NCBI GenBank assembly: GCA_012295275.1
Contig: CM022667.1
Location: 16,678,001-16,742,000 of the forward strand
DNA length: 64,000 bases
Reading direction: 5' to 3'
Origin: Chrysomallon squamiferum
Taxonomy: Eukaryota > Animalia > Mollusca
Made by a program: the position numbers and the translations under genes. The notes beneath the pieces are model-generated. The model had not been told where the DNA came from and searched no databases. It saw only the letters and a program-made list of their open reading frames with translations. This document shows positions 1 to 15,109 of the stretch, one piece after another. Within the stretch, counting starts at the first letter, position 1. Each line of letters opens with the position of its first letter.

Positions 1-1009
1 TTTCGTAACTGACTATCGAATAATATTGGCGGCATTCTTCTAACTTTCCATAGTTCACTGCAGAGTTTAAACTTTTAATATCATATCGATACTCATTTAA
101 CGAGAAGAAGACAGAGATAATTCTTAATATTATCTAAACTATTCTCTGCACTCAGACATACTAAAAGGTTTATGACCTTCAGGAGATATGTGTAGCACAA
201 AATGTAAATTTCACATTTGATTTCTTGACATTTGAATATACGCTAAGTCTCTTATGCGAGAAAATATGAAGAAACGTGACTTTCGAGTTAGTGTGAGAAA
301 ACAGCAGATAAATGAAAAGCAAACTCACCCAGACGAAGTTTTTCATGTGCTATTAAAGGACAGAGGAGACAAATATACAACATGGTATTATGAGAGTGAA
401 ATGTATTCAGTAAATAAAACTTGGAACTGTGACATCGGGTTTTCCGAAGCTTATCAACAGAGTAAAAAATAAACCCACGAGTGGATGCTTTATATTTGTG
501 TGTTGTTGTGTTTCGTTGTTGTGGTTTTGTTGTTGTTGTCTGTTTTCTTGTATTCTTGTTGTTGTTGTTGTTTTTCTGTTTATTCATATATTGTTAGTGA
601 GTTCAGTACATCCATCTTAACGTCACAGAAAAGCGACAGTCTCCTCTGAGCTATACGTCACATACATTCGAGTGTCAACAGTTATAATAATAATAATAAT
701 GATAATGATAATAAAAATATTATTATTATTATTATTATTATTAACATCATCTTTATTATCACTACTGTGATGTTATTACTGATACTGTTGAGAATGTAGT
801 TATTATTATTATTATTTCTCTGACATTGTTGAGGCTGTAGTTGTCATTATTATTATTATTTATGCGTAAGATGCTGATGATAATATTGCTGTAGCTGTTA
901 TATTAACAACAACAACAACAACTAGAGCAACAATAAGAAAAAGAAGAACAACAACAACACCAACAACAACAACATTAGCGAAAAAATAATAATAATAAGT
1001 ACAAATTAC

Positions 1010-1085
1010 CTTCAGTTGTTGGCATTGACACGACAGACGAAATAATAAAATTCACACACAACAACAAGAGCATGTTAACAGCCAT
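1010..1085 (-). CDS. Signal-peptide exon E1 of the secreted Cys-rich family (MAVNMLLLLCVNFIISSVVSMPTTE). Downstream exons lie left of the window.
   Basis: ATG at 1085, 76 nt, hydrophobic core, phase-1 G|GTAATT donor. Intron sequence 1-700 matches intron 1 of the paralog at 63232-63900. Confidence 0.75.
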
Positions 1086-1099
1086 GTTGTTGCTTTTCG

Positions 1100-1140
1100 T
1101 TTCTGACGTGACTCAGTATTCATGGCGTTTAAATAAAAGT
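1100..1140 (-). promoter_or_regulatory. Putative core promoter of E1: TATTTAAA box plus adjacent TGACGT/TGACTCA (CRE/AP-1-like) element
   Basis: TATTTAAA at about 1128-1135 on the minus strand, about 45 nt upstream of the ATG. The same arrangement recurs upstream of E1 at about 8945-8980 and 54770-54805, and with a degenerate TATA box at 36860-36890. Confidence 0.45.
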
Positions 1141-1319
1141 TTCCACATGCGCAGTTTGATGCCTGTGTTTGGTAAATAGGTTAACTATGTTTAGAAAAGA
1201 CTGGTGACGTGCAATGCTGAAAGCGGCGCTTATCACCAGCGTAACATAGATACTAAAATACACAGAGTTTATCATGTCTATCAGTCTCAGTCTCTCAGTT
1301 TTTAAATGTTACTGTTAGA

Positions 1320-1444
<125 letters not shown>

Positions 1445-1489
1445 TCTCTCTCTCTCCCTCTCTCTCTCTCTCTGTCTCTCAGTCTCATC

Positions 1490-1577
<88 letters not shown>

Positions 1578-2614
1578 ATATATATTCATACAGATAAATG
1601 AAGGTGACAAAATATTTTTGAAAAGAACAAAATATATACTTAAATGGAGAGATTCTATGTAATTAAATTTTGAGATACTTGACAATTTTCCAAAACCTTC
1701 TACCAGATTCCTTAATTTCAAATTGTGTACAACATTTACCAGTAAATTAAAAAATAAAGTCAGCTTCGATTTCTTCACCTCTGTACAAATTGATCGTGCA
1801 TCATTCAGGAAAAATCTACTTTCATTTTAGTGTTTTTTATACATTATTTTATTATGTGAATTCATTTATAGAAAAGTATCCTTATCTATGTGCATGTATC
1901 TGCTTCTATCTGTGTATTTGTATGTTTGTATATATATATACTGTGTGTGTGTGTCTGTGTGTGTGTGTCTGTGTGTGCTGTTGTGTATGCCTGTGGGTGC
2001 ATATGTATTTGTGTGCAAGAGAGAGAGAGAAAGAGGAACAGGAAGAAAGAAAAATAAAACTCCCCATAAACAATATATATTTACAGTAGCTCCCAAATCA
2101 TTTTCTCAGTTTGTTGCAGTTTTGTCCCAGTTAATTACAGCACTAAATAATATTAATAGTAGAAAAATTACTGAGATCCTATACGTCTACTAATATAGGT
2201 TTTTGGTCTAAATAATAGTTCCCATGAGAGAGGACGATGAAGGATTTTATTCAATATCAATTATATTTTCCAATCATATATTCAGGTAATCCTATCTGCA
2301 GATTAGATTATATATGTATGCATTCACAAATTTATGTATGTATGTATATGTGTGTATTAATATATGTTCGAGTATATTTGAACGCATTGATAACTATTTC
2401 TATATATAGAATATTCATTATTTAACTACTAAATATTTCTTATATCAAACTAAAAAGTAATTTCTCTGTTGTTTACGAGAACGCTATTATAGGTGGTGCT
2501 GTTGTAGACGAGAGAAATATAGAGATTAAAATAGTAAGGGTTCATTATGTGTAGCATTCAATCTCAGTCTCTTTACATAGTGATACGTAATGCTGACAAC
2601 GTTGAAGCAGCTGT

Positions 2615-2646
2615 TTACACATGCGCAATTTGAGGCCTCTCTTTAG

Positions 2647-2717
<71 letters not shown>

Positions 2718-2859
2718 TTCTGTCTTTCTGTATTCATACATTTTTGCAACGAACCAAACATAAGCATTTGTTTGGGACATTTACAGTAACCATCATCACT
2801 AAAGTATTTCTGTTCTTCTCCTCGTAACACGTGTTCTGATGGCGTTTTACAGTTACGTT
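2615..2859 (-). pseudogene. Orphan E3 exon (ERNCKTPSEHVLRGEEQKYFSDDGYCKCPKQ...) whose 3' half is replaced by a (GA)n-encoded ER repeat
   Basis: TTACAG acceptor at 2860-2861. Only a 3' remnant of E2 (about 3320-3340) lies upstream, and there is no E1. Confidence 0.65.
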
Positions 2860-2861
2860 CT

Positions 2862-2896
<35 letters not shown>

Positions 2897-4019
2897 GATA
2901 ATAATAATAATAATGATGATAATTGTACTACTACTACTACTACAACTATCTCTTCTACTTCTAAAACAACTATTAATGGTAGCACTGATTCTACTACTGC
3001 TACAACTTTTACAACTCTTCCACAACAAGTTTCTTAGTCTTTATCACTCTTTATAATTATTATTCTTATTTCAATAACGACTGCTGCTGCTACTATTTCT
3101 ACTACTGCTGTAGGGCTGATACTCATGCGACAACAATCATAAAACAGACGCTCACTACTAAAACTAATGATGATGCTAATTTTCAGCATACATTTTACTA
3201 ATGCTACTACTAGTGTACTTACACAATTACTATTAATAATAATACTACGATTACCGAGACTACTAATAATTATGTTACATTTCCTCTGTTGTCGGCATAA
3301 AGATAAACTGAAGAATTCTGTACCTGAACATGTGTACCACTAACAATGATACTGATGCAGGTTAGTGAGATTTCATATCGACAGAGGATACTGAGCTAAA
3401 TACAGAAAGCGTAATAACAAAAATTCATCTTATATCTCAATTTCCTTTGATTAAACAGTTTTTTCGCTGTTTCAGCTGCTCATAACGTTGTGAGAGGTTG
3501 TGTCCACAACAGGCCTGCTTCAACATTTATCTAATGAAACTGATCACAAATTACCTTAACCCATAATGTACGACATTATCAAAAATAAATGTTACAAATG
3601 CGTAAATTAATTTCTAATAAAACTGATAAAATACTGGCAAAACTTTAGTGTTGAACAGTTACTGTATTGCAGTTCTGGCATCACGATTTCAGAATTTATT
3701 GACTTAATTGAATTTGGCGAGTGTAGAGTCCTGTATTAATTTCACAGAGGTTTGTTTTTATTTTATTTTATTTTATTTTATTTTTTTGAGGTTTTTATTT
3801 TTGGGGGCGTTTTTGTGGGAGGTCGTCGTCTTTTTTAACTTTATTTCTATTATTTATTTTTTATTATTAATTAATGTGGATTTTTTTATTATTGATTTTT
3901 ACTGCTTGATTTTTCTTTCTCTCTCTCTCTCTCATATCTCTTTTTGGATGTATTTGTTTTTGTTTTTCTTCCCTTGTTTCTTGCTTAATTTGTTTTGTTT
4001 TTTTTCTTCTTCTTGTATA

Positions 4020-4064
<45 letters not shown>

Positions 4065-4105
4065 TGTTGTTGTTGTTATTTCTGCTGCTGCTGTTGTTGT
4101 TGTTG

Positions 4106-4172
<67 letters not shown>

Positions 4173-4250
4173 TCTATTTATTTCTTTTATATATTCATTA
4201 CAGAGTAAGGTCTTCGAATTTCCAAATTCTTGTAATAACAATTTTATTTA

Positions 4251-4281
<31 letters not shown>

Positions 4282-4871
4282 TAATTATTTTATTGGCACT
4301 GATTCTGAAACACCCGGTGTTAATAATTAATTTCACAGAGATTTAAATCTTGATCAATACAGATTAAACTACTAACAAAACGTTTTAAGCTAAAACCAGA
4401 ATTCTGTTATTGATATAGCTTAAGGAATTATTATGGCCACTTCACATAATTATTATCTCAAAGGAAACAGGAGTGTAAAACTGTATGGAAGTTTATTGCT
4501 GAATATTAAAATCTAACACTCACTTAACTTATATAGCTACAGCTGACGCCACCACTATTATGTAAAATACACGTACAAAATCTTAATGTTAAATACTAAG
4601 ATTTCATCTTGTACAACATTTCTTTCTTGCTTTAGTTGCATTAGATGACTCAGAATTATAATAACCACTGCAACAGTGATTCCATTATGTCCCACATTGA
4701 TCGCGTTTATCTTTTAATATATTACGACAACGACATCTGCAACAACGGTTATACCTGTTAGTCACCAGTATGACGTCAGTGATGGAGGGGTTACAAAAAT
4801 GTTTAAGTAATAGTCATATTTTAAATTCTGTTTAGTGATTGTCAACACTTTTTAATCTTCTTATTTTAAAG

Positions 4872-4910
4872 GATACAGGCATCTCTAAATATATGCGTGA
4901 TGCAATTCGA
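4872..4910 (+). pseudogene. Duplicated 5' fragment of a SLC7A6OS-like exon (DTGISKYMRDAIR)
   Basis: Near-identical to 13105-13143 and 13583-13621, including the TTTTAAAG acceptor. Confidence 0.45.
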
Positions 4911-4975
4911 AGTAATTGTCAGAAATCGACAAGATCGACAACTGAGTTCCCAATCATTTGTCTCTCTGAAATTCC

Positions 4976-5011
<36 letters not shown>

Positions 5012-5520
5012 TTGAGCAATAGTTTATGTAATTATTATTATTATTTCATTCACATCATATTTGTTATTACTGTGTTGTTATTACTCACATGGTCAGGACT
5101 GTATTATTACTATTATTATTTTATTATTATTATTATTGTTATTATTACTATGATTATTATTATTTTTATTATTATTATTTTAGCTATTGTACAAATTTAT
5201 TTACCTACTCTCTGGTCATCTTAATATATCTTTCGTTCTTTGGACAAATATTTTGTCATCGTCATCTTAGACAGAGAGTTTTCTTTAACTTATAATACGT
5301 AATTTTAGACTTGACAATCTTACAAGAACTCCCGGTTTCCTTTAATTTCAAATACTCTACAACAGATACCATTATATTAAGAAAAAAATCAGGTTTGCTT
5401 CCTTCGTCTCTTTACGTACAAATCCATTATGTAACACTGAGTAAATTATTTTTACTGTTTTGCAAATATTTGTTTTATCTCATTATGTAAATTCATTCAC
5501 AGAAATGTGTTCTTATGTAC

Positions 5521-5621
<101 letters not shown>

Positions 5622-5888
5622 AAACAAAATTATCTCTAAACAAGATATATCTATAGCAGCTTCAAAAACATTTGCTCAATCTGTTCCGATGTTTTCCCAG
5701 TTAATTGCAGCACTAAGTGATGTCACTAAAAGAAAAATCACTGAGATTATACGGTAAATTAGCCTAAGTTGTAATTCAGTTTATTTATTTTGCAATTTTA
5801 TGTGAAATTATAAATAAATAATTATGTCTTCGAACCAATAATATCTTCTGGTAATCTTTCTCCAGATTATATTATGTGTGTGTGTGTG

Positions 5889-5919
<31 letters not shown>

Positions 5920-6040
5920 ATATGTATGTATGTATGGAAGTACGTGTATTAATGTATGTTACATTAAATATGCACGCACTAATAACAAAAAAATATATAA
6001 AGCTGTCCTTTATTTCATATAACATTATAATGAATATTCA

Positions 6041-6297
6041 TTATTTGGCTGCTAAATATTTATCATCTGAAAACAAAAAGTGATTTCTCTGTTGTTTATG
6101 AGAACGGTGCTGTACCTGATGCTGTTGCCTAAGTCGGTGAGGATGTAGTGGGTGCGGAACACAAAGCCACGCCATTTTTGGCAGCCATGGACTAATAGTT
6201 CTTTCTTGTGGAGGACATTTACAGTCACCATCATCACTAAAGTATTTCTGTTCATCGCCTCGTAACACGTGTCCTGATGGCGTTTTACAGTTACGTT
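6041..6297 (-). CDS. E3 of gene copy 6041-8316 (4-Cys module), with a 1-nt deletion at about 6175 shifting the frame before GVALC
   Basis: Acceptor at 6298-6299. Reads ERNCKTPSGHVLRGDEQKYFSDDGDCKCPPQERTISPWLP, then shifts frame (gccatttttgg versus consensus gccatattctgg). Could be a pseudogene lesion or a homopolymer error. Confidence 0.6.
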
Positions 6298-6299
6298 CT

Positions 6300-6349
<50 letters not shown>

Positions 6350-6919
6350 TAAAAAATAATAATAATAATATATAGTAATATTATGTTTTTGTTGTATACT
6401 CTAATATCATAACAAATTTCTACAAGTTCGACTACAATAATTACTCCTACTATTTTTTACTAATAATACTAATATTAATATATATATATATATATACTAC
6501 TAATACTACTACTACTACTACTTCTACTAGTACAAATACGACCCGGAATTATGATACCAATACATTTGCTATTATTAATACTGTTATTAATACATATAAG
6601 GTATTACTAGACGCACTGATTATACTACTGCCACAACTCTTCCACGTCAGTAGTTTCTCAGTCTTCATTACTGGCTGTTGCTATTACACTTTCCACTAGA
6701 AAATCTGCACCAACAACAGCTACTACTACTTCTGCTGCTACCACTAATACTACCGATACTAGTACCACTTCTACTACTAATTCTACTACTACTACTACTA
6801 CCACTCGTGCTACTACTACAACTACAACCACTAATAATAAGAAGAATAGCATTATTATAACTAATCCTACCATTAATGCTAATCAGCCTACAACAACTAA
6901 AACTAACTGCTCCAACTAC

Positions 6920-7718
6920 CACTACTAATACTGCTACTAATAGTAATAGTACGATTACTACTACTAACGATACTACTAATACTGCTACTAATGGTAATAC
7001 TACGATTACTACTACTAACGATACTACTAATACTGCTACTAATGGTAATACTACGATTACTACTACTAACGATACTACTAATACTGCTACTAATGGTAAT
7101 ACTACGATTACTACTACTAACGATACTACTAATACTGCTACTAATGGTAATACTACGATTACTACTACTAACGATACTACTAATACTGCTACTAATGGTA
7201 ATACTACGATTACTACTACTAACGATACTACTAATACTGCTACTAATGGTAATACTACGATTACTACTACTAACGATACTACTAATACTGCTACTAATGG
7301 TAATACTACGATTACTACTACTAACGATACTACTAATACTGCTACTAATGGTAATACTACGATTACTAATGGTACTACTACGATTACTACTACTAACGAT
7401 ACTACCGATACTAATACTGCTACTAATGGTAATACTACGATTACTACTACTACCGATACTACTAATACTGCTACTAATGGTAATACTACGATTACTACTA
7501 CTAACGATACTACTAATACTGCTACTAATGGTAATACTACGATTACTACTATGGATACTACTAATACTGCTACTAATGGTAATACTACGATTACTACTAC
7601 TAACGATACTACTAATACTGCTACTAATGGTAATACTACGATTACTACTACTAACGATACTACTAATACTGCTACTAATAGTAATACTACGATTACTACT
7701 ACTAACGATACTACTAAT
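6920..7718. repeat. 51-bp minisatellite (about 15-16 copies) inside intron 2
   Basis: Unit actaatactgctactaatggtaatactacgattactactactaacgatact. A single-copy homolog is present in paralogous introns (about 35100-35165, 61490-61550). Confidence 0.9.
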
Positions 7719-7778
7719 AATTATATATTTTAGTCTTCTACTACTGTTGCTTTAAGGAGATACCGAAGTGTTTTCTAC

Positions 7779-7985
7779 CTCGACATGTGTATGTTCCACA
7801 GGCGTCAGGTCCTTCAGGATCGAAACACATTGGTGTAACAAAATCAATGATTATACACATAATCTGTAATCCAGAACCATAACCAGACTCACAACGACAC
7901 TCGTACGCACAAGGGTCATAGTCTGGAACGATTTCTCCAGATAGGTAGTTTTTTCCTTTGTGAGAGCAGTGAGGTGGCGGCAGCT
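7779..7985 (-). CDS. E2 of gene copy 6041-8316: 8-Cys VWC-like module (ELPPPHCSHKGKNYLSGEIVPDYDPCAYECRC...MCFDPEGPDACGTYTCR)
   Basis: CTACAG acceptor, G|GTAG donor, 207 nt, phase 1-1, open frame. Confidence 0.8.
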
Positions 7986-8014
7986 CTGTAGCGTGTGTGA
8001 AAAATAAGTAAAAC

Positions 8015-8059
<45 letters not shown>

Positions 8060-8115
8060 TACCATAATAACAACAAGAACAAGAACAACGACGACAACAA
8101 CAATAATAATAATAA

Positions 8116-8146
<31 letters not shown>

Positions 8147-8237
8147 AAGAACCATAAAAATAACAATAATAATATCGATAATAACAACAATAAAAACAAT
8201 AACACTACCTGTTATAATAATAATAACTACAAATTAC

Positions 8238-8316
8238 CAAAAGTTGTTGACATTGATAAGAACAAAGAAATAATAAAATACACACAGAGGACGGTGAAGA
8301 GCATGTGAACAGCCAT
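8238..8316 (-). CDS. E1 signal-peptide exon of gene copy 6041-8316 (MAVHMLFTVLCVYFIISLFLSMSTTF)
   Basis: ATG at 8316, 79 nt, G|GTAATT donor, in frame with E2 at 7985. Confidence 0.75.
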
Positions 8317-8851
8317 GTTGTAGCTTTTCGCTTGTGATGTGCGCAGTTAGATGTCTCTGTTTGGTAAATAGTTTAAGTATGTATGGAAAAGACTGGTGAT
8401 GTGTAATGCTGACAGCGGATGGTATCACGAGGGAAATACAGAAATTAAAGTAATAAGGATTTATCATGTCTGTTAATTTCCGTGTCTCAATTTTTAAATG
8501 TTTCTGCTAGAACTTCTTTCTCTCTCTGTTCCTCTTTAAATACTCATACATTTTTCGACAAGATTTATTTTCCTAGTATTATTTCTGTGATATTATTACT
8601 AACACTGTTCAGAGTGTAGTTATTATTATTATAGTTGTGGTAGCTCCTGACAATAAAATTGATGCAGCAGTCACTATGTCAGTATTAACACCAATAATAA
8701 TAATAAGCAGAAGAAGAACAAGAACAAGAACAAGAAGAACAAGAACAAGAACAAGAAAAAGAAGAAGACGAAGTCGAAGAAGGACAAAAAGAAAATATTT
8801 ATATTAGTGACAATACTGAGAACAATAAAAATAACAATAAGTACAAATTAC

Positions 8852-8928
8852 CTTCAGTCGTTGGCAGCGACAAGACAGAACAAATAATAAAATTCACACA
8901 CAAAAAGAAGAGCATGTTAACAGCCATG
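8852..8928 (-). pseudogene. Extra E1 copy with a +1 frameshift in a T-run, preceded by its own promoter motifs
   Basis: 77 nt rather than 76. Reads MAVNMLFFFVCEFYYLFCLVAAND*. The donor is intact. Confidence 0.6.
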
Positions 8929-9087
8929 TTGCCGCTTTTCGTTTGTGACGTGACTCAGTATTGACAACGTTTAAATAACAGTTTCCACGTGCACAGTTTG
9001 ATGCCTCTGTTTGATAAATAGAAACGACTAGTGATACGTAATGCTGACAACGTTGAAGCAGCTGTTTACCCATGCGCAATTTGAGGC

Positions 9088-9339
<252 letters not shown>

Positions 9340-9746
9340 ACCCATACATTTCTGGATAAGATTTAATCAAATAGAATCTGTCCACTTAACTACATCTTTT
9401 CATTTTCGCAGTATTTTGTCACCCTCCTTTTAGACAGGGAGTTATTTTTTCATTATAATACTTTATTTCAAACTTGACAATTTTAGAAGAGCTTCTACCA
9501 CTTTCCTTTCATTTTAAATATTGTACAATATATACCATTAAATTAATGAAAAAGTCAGGTTCGATTTCTTCACCTCTGTACAATCTGATTATCATTCAGA
9601 AAAATTCTTGTTTAAATTTAGTGTTTTGTATACACTTACCTTATTTTATTATCTGAATTCATTTATTGAAAAGTATCATTTTGTATGTGGATGTATGTGT
9701 AGTGTATACAATTTGCTTCTGCCTGTGTATTTGTAAGTGTATACGC

Positions 9747-9802
<56 letters not shown>

Positions 9803-10969
9803 AAGAGAGAGACTGAGATAGATAACTTTACATTTATTAACTCAAAGTGTGAGAAAGAGAAAGAGAGACAGAACGAAAGTCAAATAAAACTCCCTATAAA
9901 CAAGATATATTTATCCCAAATCATTGTGTCCAAGTTAACTGCAGCACTAAATAATGTTACTAAAAGAAAAGTTACTGATAGTCTACACGTCTACACTAAC
10001 ATATGTTTACGATCTTACTAATAAGACTGATGATAGAGGACGATGAAGGATTTTATTCAGTATCAATTATATTTTACAAGAGAGAATATAAATTTTAATT
10101 TCTAATAACTCAGATGTAACCTTTATAGAGTAAATTAATCTAAATTGTAATCGATTTTATTTCTTTTCAATCTTTTGTAAAATTAAATATAAATAACCAC
10201 GTCCTTCATCCAATCATATATTCAGGTGATCGTATCTGCTCATTATATTACGTATATATGTATGCATGTATGTATGTATGAAAGTATGTATGTATGTATG
10301 TATGTATGTATGTATGTGTGTGTGTATGTATGTATGTATGTATCTTTTTATTGTAGATTCTAGTAATATAACAACTTCTACAACTACTACTACAATAATT
10401 AGTCCTCTATTTTTACTAATAATACTAATATTGTATTACTCCTAATATATTTCTACTAGTACTACCACTAATGCGACAATTACTACTCCAAATACTACTG
10501 CTAATTATGATACCAAAGCATTTGCTATCACTATTACTATTACATTTAGGACATTACTCGTTGCACTGATTTTACCATTGCATCAAGTCTTCCACGTCAA
10601 TGGTTTCTTAGTCTTCATTATTGGCTGTTACTATTAATCAACACCAGCATTAGCTACTACTACTTCTACTTCTGCTACTACTAATAATAATACAACCACT
10701 TCTGCTACTGAGTCTACTTACTGGTACTACTACTACTGCTCTTGCTACTACTACAATTACTACCATTAATAATAATAATCCTACCATTAATGATAATAGT
10801 AAGCCTGCAGCTACTAATACTAATTGCTCGAAGTACCACTAGTAATACTAGTAATACTATTAATAATAAAAATAATAATACGATTACTACTGCTATAACC
10901 GGTACTACTAGTAATTAGACTTTGAATTAGTCTGCTGTTGTTGCTATAAAGAGATACTGAAAAGTTGTG

Positions 10970-11182
10970 TACAGGCATCAGGACCGTGATCAACAGGATC
11001 AAAACACATTTGTGGAAGTTAATCAGCGAATCTACAACGAATTTCAGAATGAGAATAACTAGTAGGCTGAAAAAGACATGCGTACGCACAAGGGTCAATG
11101 GATGGTGGCTTGACCATTGCAGGTTCGTAGATTCTTCCATTGTGATAACATTATGCTGGTGTGGATATATGTGGCGGCAGAT
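10970..11182 (-). pseudogene. Degenerate E2 exon with two in-frame TAA stops and a deleted 3' end and donor
   Basis: DLPPHISTPA*CYHNGRIYEP...DPCAYAC...IRCRFAD*LPQMCFDPVDHGPDAC. Confidence 0.7.
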
Positions 11183-11607
11183 CTGTAGAGTGCGTGGAAA
11201 AATAAAATAACAATGAATAACAATTACAACACCACACTTATGTTAGTTGATCCCCTCTTCAAAATTAATGCTCATTGGTTTATTTGCATGGACTGGCTGA
11301 AGGCATAATCGTTTGTTGAAGTGAACGGGAACTTGGCCGCACAAACGAAATGGAAACGCGCGTGTCGATTAACTCACTGTTATATTTGCTTTATATATTT
11401 AAAACAATATTAATAACATAACACAATTACAGTATTATATTTTCATGACATTTAATGAAAACGTTAGCTAATTTCTGCAAATAATATTAAAGTTCATTAT
11501 GTACAATTTGAACTCAAAATGATGAGCTGTTATCCGTAAAACAAAGGAATTCGCATAACGTCGTCTGGGTTTAGCGAACTCCCTAATAATAACAATAATA
11601 AAAACCA

Positions 11608-12014
<407 letters not shown>

Positions 12015-12408
12015 CTGTAATAATAATAATAATAATAATTATACTACTACTACAACTGTTGTTACTACAACTACTACTATTACTATTACAACTACTACTA
12101 CTTCTTCTACTACTAATACTACTATTATGTTACCTTTATTAATAGTACTGATTCTACTACTGCCACAACTTTTACAATTCTTCCCTCTGTTCTTGAAACT
12201 GAATGGTAGAACTCAAAATTTACTAACACCTAAAACTGTATTATTAAATATTAACATGAACAAACTAAGCAGTGGATTATATTGGTGTTGTTTTTGGATT
12301 TTGTTGTTTGTTGCTGGTTCTTGTTCTTTGTTGTTGTTTTTTTGTTTTTTTGTTCTTGTTTTTTTCGGGGTATATTTATTATTGTAGTTGTAGTTCTTAT
12401 TGTTGTTG

Positions 12409-12467
<59 letters not shown>

Positions 12468-12544
12468 TTATTTATTTATTTATTTATTTATTGATTTATT
12501 TTATATATTCACTATGTAATAAAGTCTTCGAATTCCCAAATTCT

Positions 12545-12582
<38 letters not shown>

Positions 12583-13321
12583 CGGCACTGATTCTGAAAC
12601 ACCCGGTGTTAATAATTAATTTCACAGAAATTTAAATCTTGATCAATACAGATTAGATAACTAATAAAACTTTTCAAGCCAAACGCAGAATTATTTTATT
12701 GATATTGCTTGAGAAATATTCACATAATTATTATCTCAAAGGACACAGGAATGTAAAACTGTCTGGAAGTTTATTGCTGAATATAAAAATCGAATAGTCA
12801 CTTAACTTACGTAGTGACACCTGATGCCACCACTATTATGTAAAATACCAAGATTTCATCTAGCACAACATTTCTTTGTTGCATTAGTTGCATTAGCAGA
12901 CTCATAAATATAATAACCACTGCAACAATGATTCCATTAAATTCCACATTGATCGTGTTTATCTTTTAATATATTATACGAGCGCCATCTGTTTGTCACA
13001 AGTATCACGTCAGTAATGAGGGGTTATCAAAATGTTTAAGTAATAGTCGTATTTTAAATTCTGTTTAATGATTAGCAACATTTTTGAATCTTCTTATTTT
13101 AAAGGATGCAAGCATCTCTAAACATATCCGTGATGCAATTCGATATAATTGTCAGAAATCGACAAGATCGATAACTGAGTTCCCAGTCCAGTCGTTACAA
13201 TGTTCTCACCAGCTACAGAAGTCTGGGATTGGATGATCTTGATGTAGCAACTATGATGATGATAACAGAAACGAAAATAATAATTGATATACAAAGAGTT
13301 AATAATACAGAAGAGATATGA

Positions 13322-13397
<76 letters not shown>

Positions 13398-13582
13398 TAT
13401 TACTTTTTGATTTATTTAGTATTGTTGGTGTTAATAGTTGAAAGGAGTAACAGTAGTAATAAAAGTAGTATTAATAGTAGCCATAGCAGTATTAGAAGCA
13501 GTAGCAATTACAGTAGTTGTTTATATTGTTGTTGACGATGACCATGATGATTTTTGACGCCATTAATCTTCTTATTTTAAAG

Positions 13583-14005
13583 GATGCAAGCATCTCTAAA
13601 TATATCCGTGATGCAATTCGGAAAGAGAAATTACAAATGGAGTACACACAGCATACTTACAATGGTGATATACAAAGAGTTAATAATACAGAAATGATAT
13701 TACACAAATAGCATTACAGTGGCAGTCATGGCAACTGTAAAACATCTAACAAATCCTCCAATACTGGCGATGAAAGGAGCAACTGTGAACAAAAAAATTG
13801 TATGTGCAAGAACTCGGGTGACTGTTGTACAGTTTATTGCACAAAATCTCCATGTAATTGTTCAGAACATACAAAAGACAATTATTGTCGTGTTTGTTCA
13901 ACTTCAGATGAAGTTAAAACATTTTCTTCTGGCACCAAGACTTCTCTCAGAAGTGAATCAGCTTCTTTGCAGAGTTCTTTAAAAGTGTTTTGTTTGTTTG
14001 ACTGA
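13583..14005 (+). pseudogene. SLC7A6OS: Disrupted SLC7A6OS-like exon (DASISKYIRDAIRKEKLQ...Cys-rich insert...KVFCLFD)
   Basis: Acceptor at 13581-13582, in-frame TAG at 13709-13711 and no clean donor. Its position just upstream of the Iwr1-domain exon and weak similarity to the central region of SLC7A6OS, recalled from memory, support the call. Confidence 0.45.
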
Positions 14006-14279
14006 AAATAATGCAGCCCTTACTCAGAATAAAAATAATGTAAGATATGATATATAAGCTACAATATTTATTATACTTTCCTGGGTTATATACATTATAT
14101 TAATTTATGCAGGCAGCTCCATTATGTTGCATATAAAAGAAAAACTATGATGATTGTCAATAAAGTACACTACTAACAGTTTCACAGTAATTAAAAAATA
14201 TGTAAAAAGAATGTAATTATGGTAATTTATTGATTCAATAAAATATATCATTTTTATGATTCTTTTTTTTTTTTTCAAG

Positions 14280-14598
14280 TCAGCATCAGCCATCAATGAG
14301 TTCACATGTAATTCTGTTCCAATGATACGAGAAACTGTTCCACAAGACACAGAAGAGGACTACGTCTACGATCTCTACTACACCAACAGCAGTGATTTCG
14401 ACTTCCGAACATTTGAAAATATTCTTAGGATTGAGGCTCTGCAAGAAGATGTGTTGCTGGATGACAGGTTGGTTGATGACCAGTATGATGAAGTGTATGA
14501 TGATGATGATGACAGCAATGATGAAAATAACTGGAGGAATGATTACCCTAATGAAGATCCACATTTTTATGAAAACAATCATGCTGATTATGACGAAG
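14280..14598 (+). CDS. SLC7A6OS: SLC7A6OS / Iwr1 (RNA polymerase II nuclear localization protein) domain exon, probably part of a partial or pseudogenised copy
   Basis: Contains the Iwr1 hallmarks CNSVPMIRE, DYVYDLYY and DDDDSNDENNWRNDYP. Poly-T acceptor and G|GTAAGT donor at 14599. Confidence 0.85.
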
Positions 14599-15037
14599 GT
14601 AAGTGAGCAATTCAACTGTGAAATATATATTTGTTTTAATGACAGTCTAGTAAATTCATAGCAGAGGCTATAACTAAAATATAAAACAAAAATCTGTATC
14701 ATTTTGTTTTGTTTTATCATTTTGTCATTAAAAAAAAATCACACTGAATCAGATAATAATAAAAAAAAATCTGCATGAAAATGTTTACTGATTAGAAACT
14801 GTACAATACAAAAACAAGCCCATTAAAATAAAAGAGGTTCTTTTAATAAAACGGTCATAGAGTGAGTTACATGGATTAGCAAATAGATTAAAATTAATGC
14901 AGTGGAGATGCAGCAGAACCTTTTACCCTGATTTCATTAAAATTACTAATTACTAATTATATTATTTATTGCTATTATTTCATAAGATGAGTAACAATGA
15001 TAATAATAATTGTCATTTCACCGTGTTTTATTTTCAG

Positions 15038-15109
15038 ACGCCATAGGGAACCATATGTTCGATCATGATGAACCTTTGGCTGCATGGATGTCGTCAAGAT
15101 GTAACATAG
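15038..15109 (+). CDS. SLC7A6OS: Probable next SLC7A6OS exon (DAIGNHMFDHDEPLAAWMSSRCNI)
   Basis: TTTTCAG acceptor and G|GTAAC donor, 72 nt, phase-compatible with the donor at 14599. Confidence 0.5.

Noticed and set aside
6876-7755. 285-aa Thr/Asn-rich and 254-aa Leu-rich plus-strand ORFs
   Set aside because: Stop-free readings of an intronic 51-bp minisatellite, antisense to the gene that contains it.
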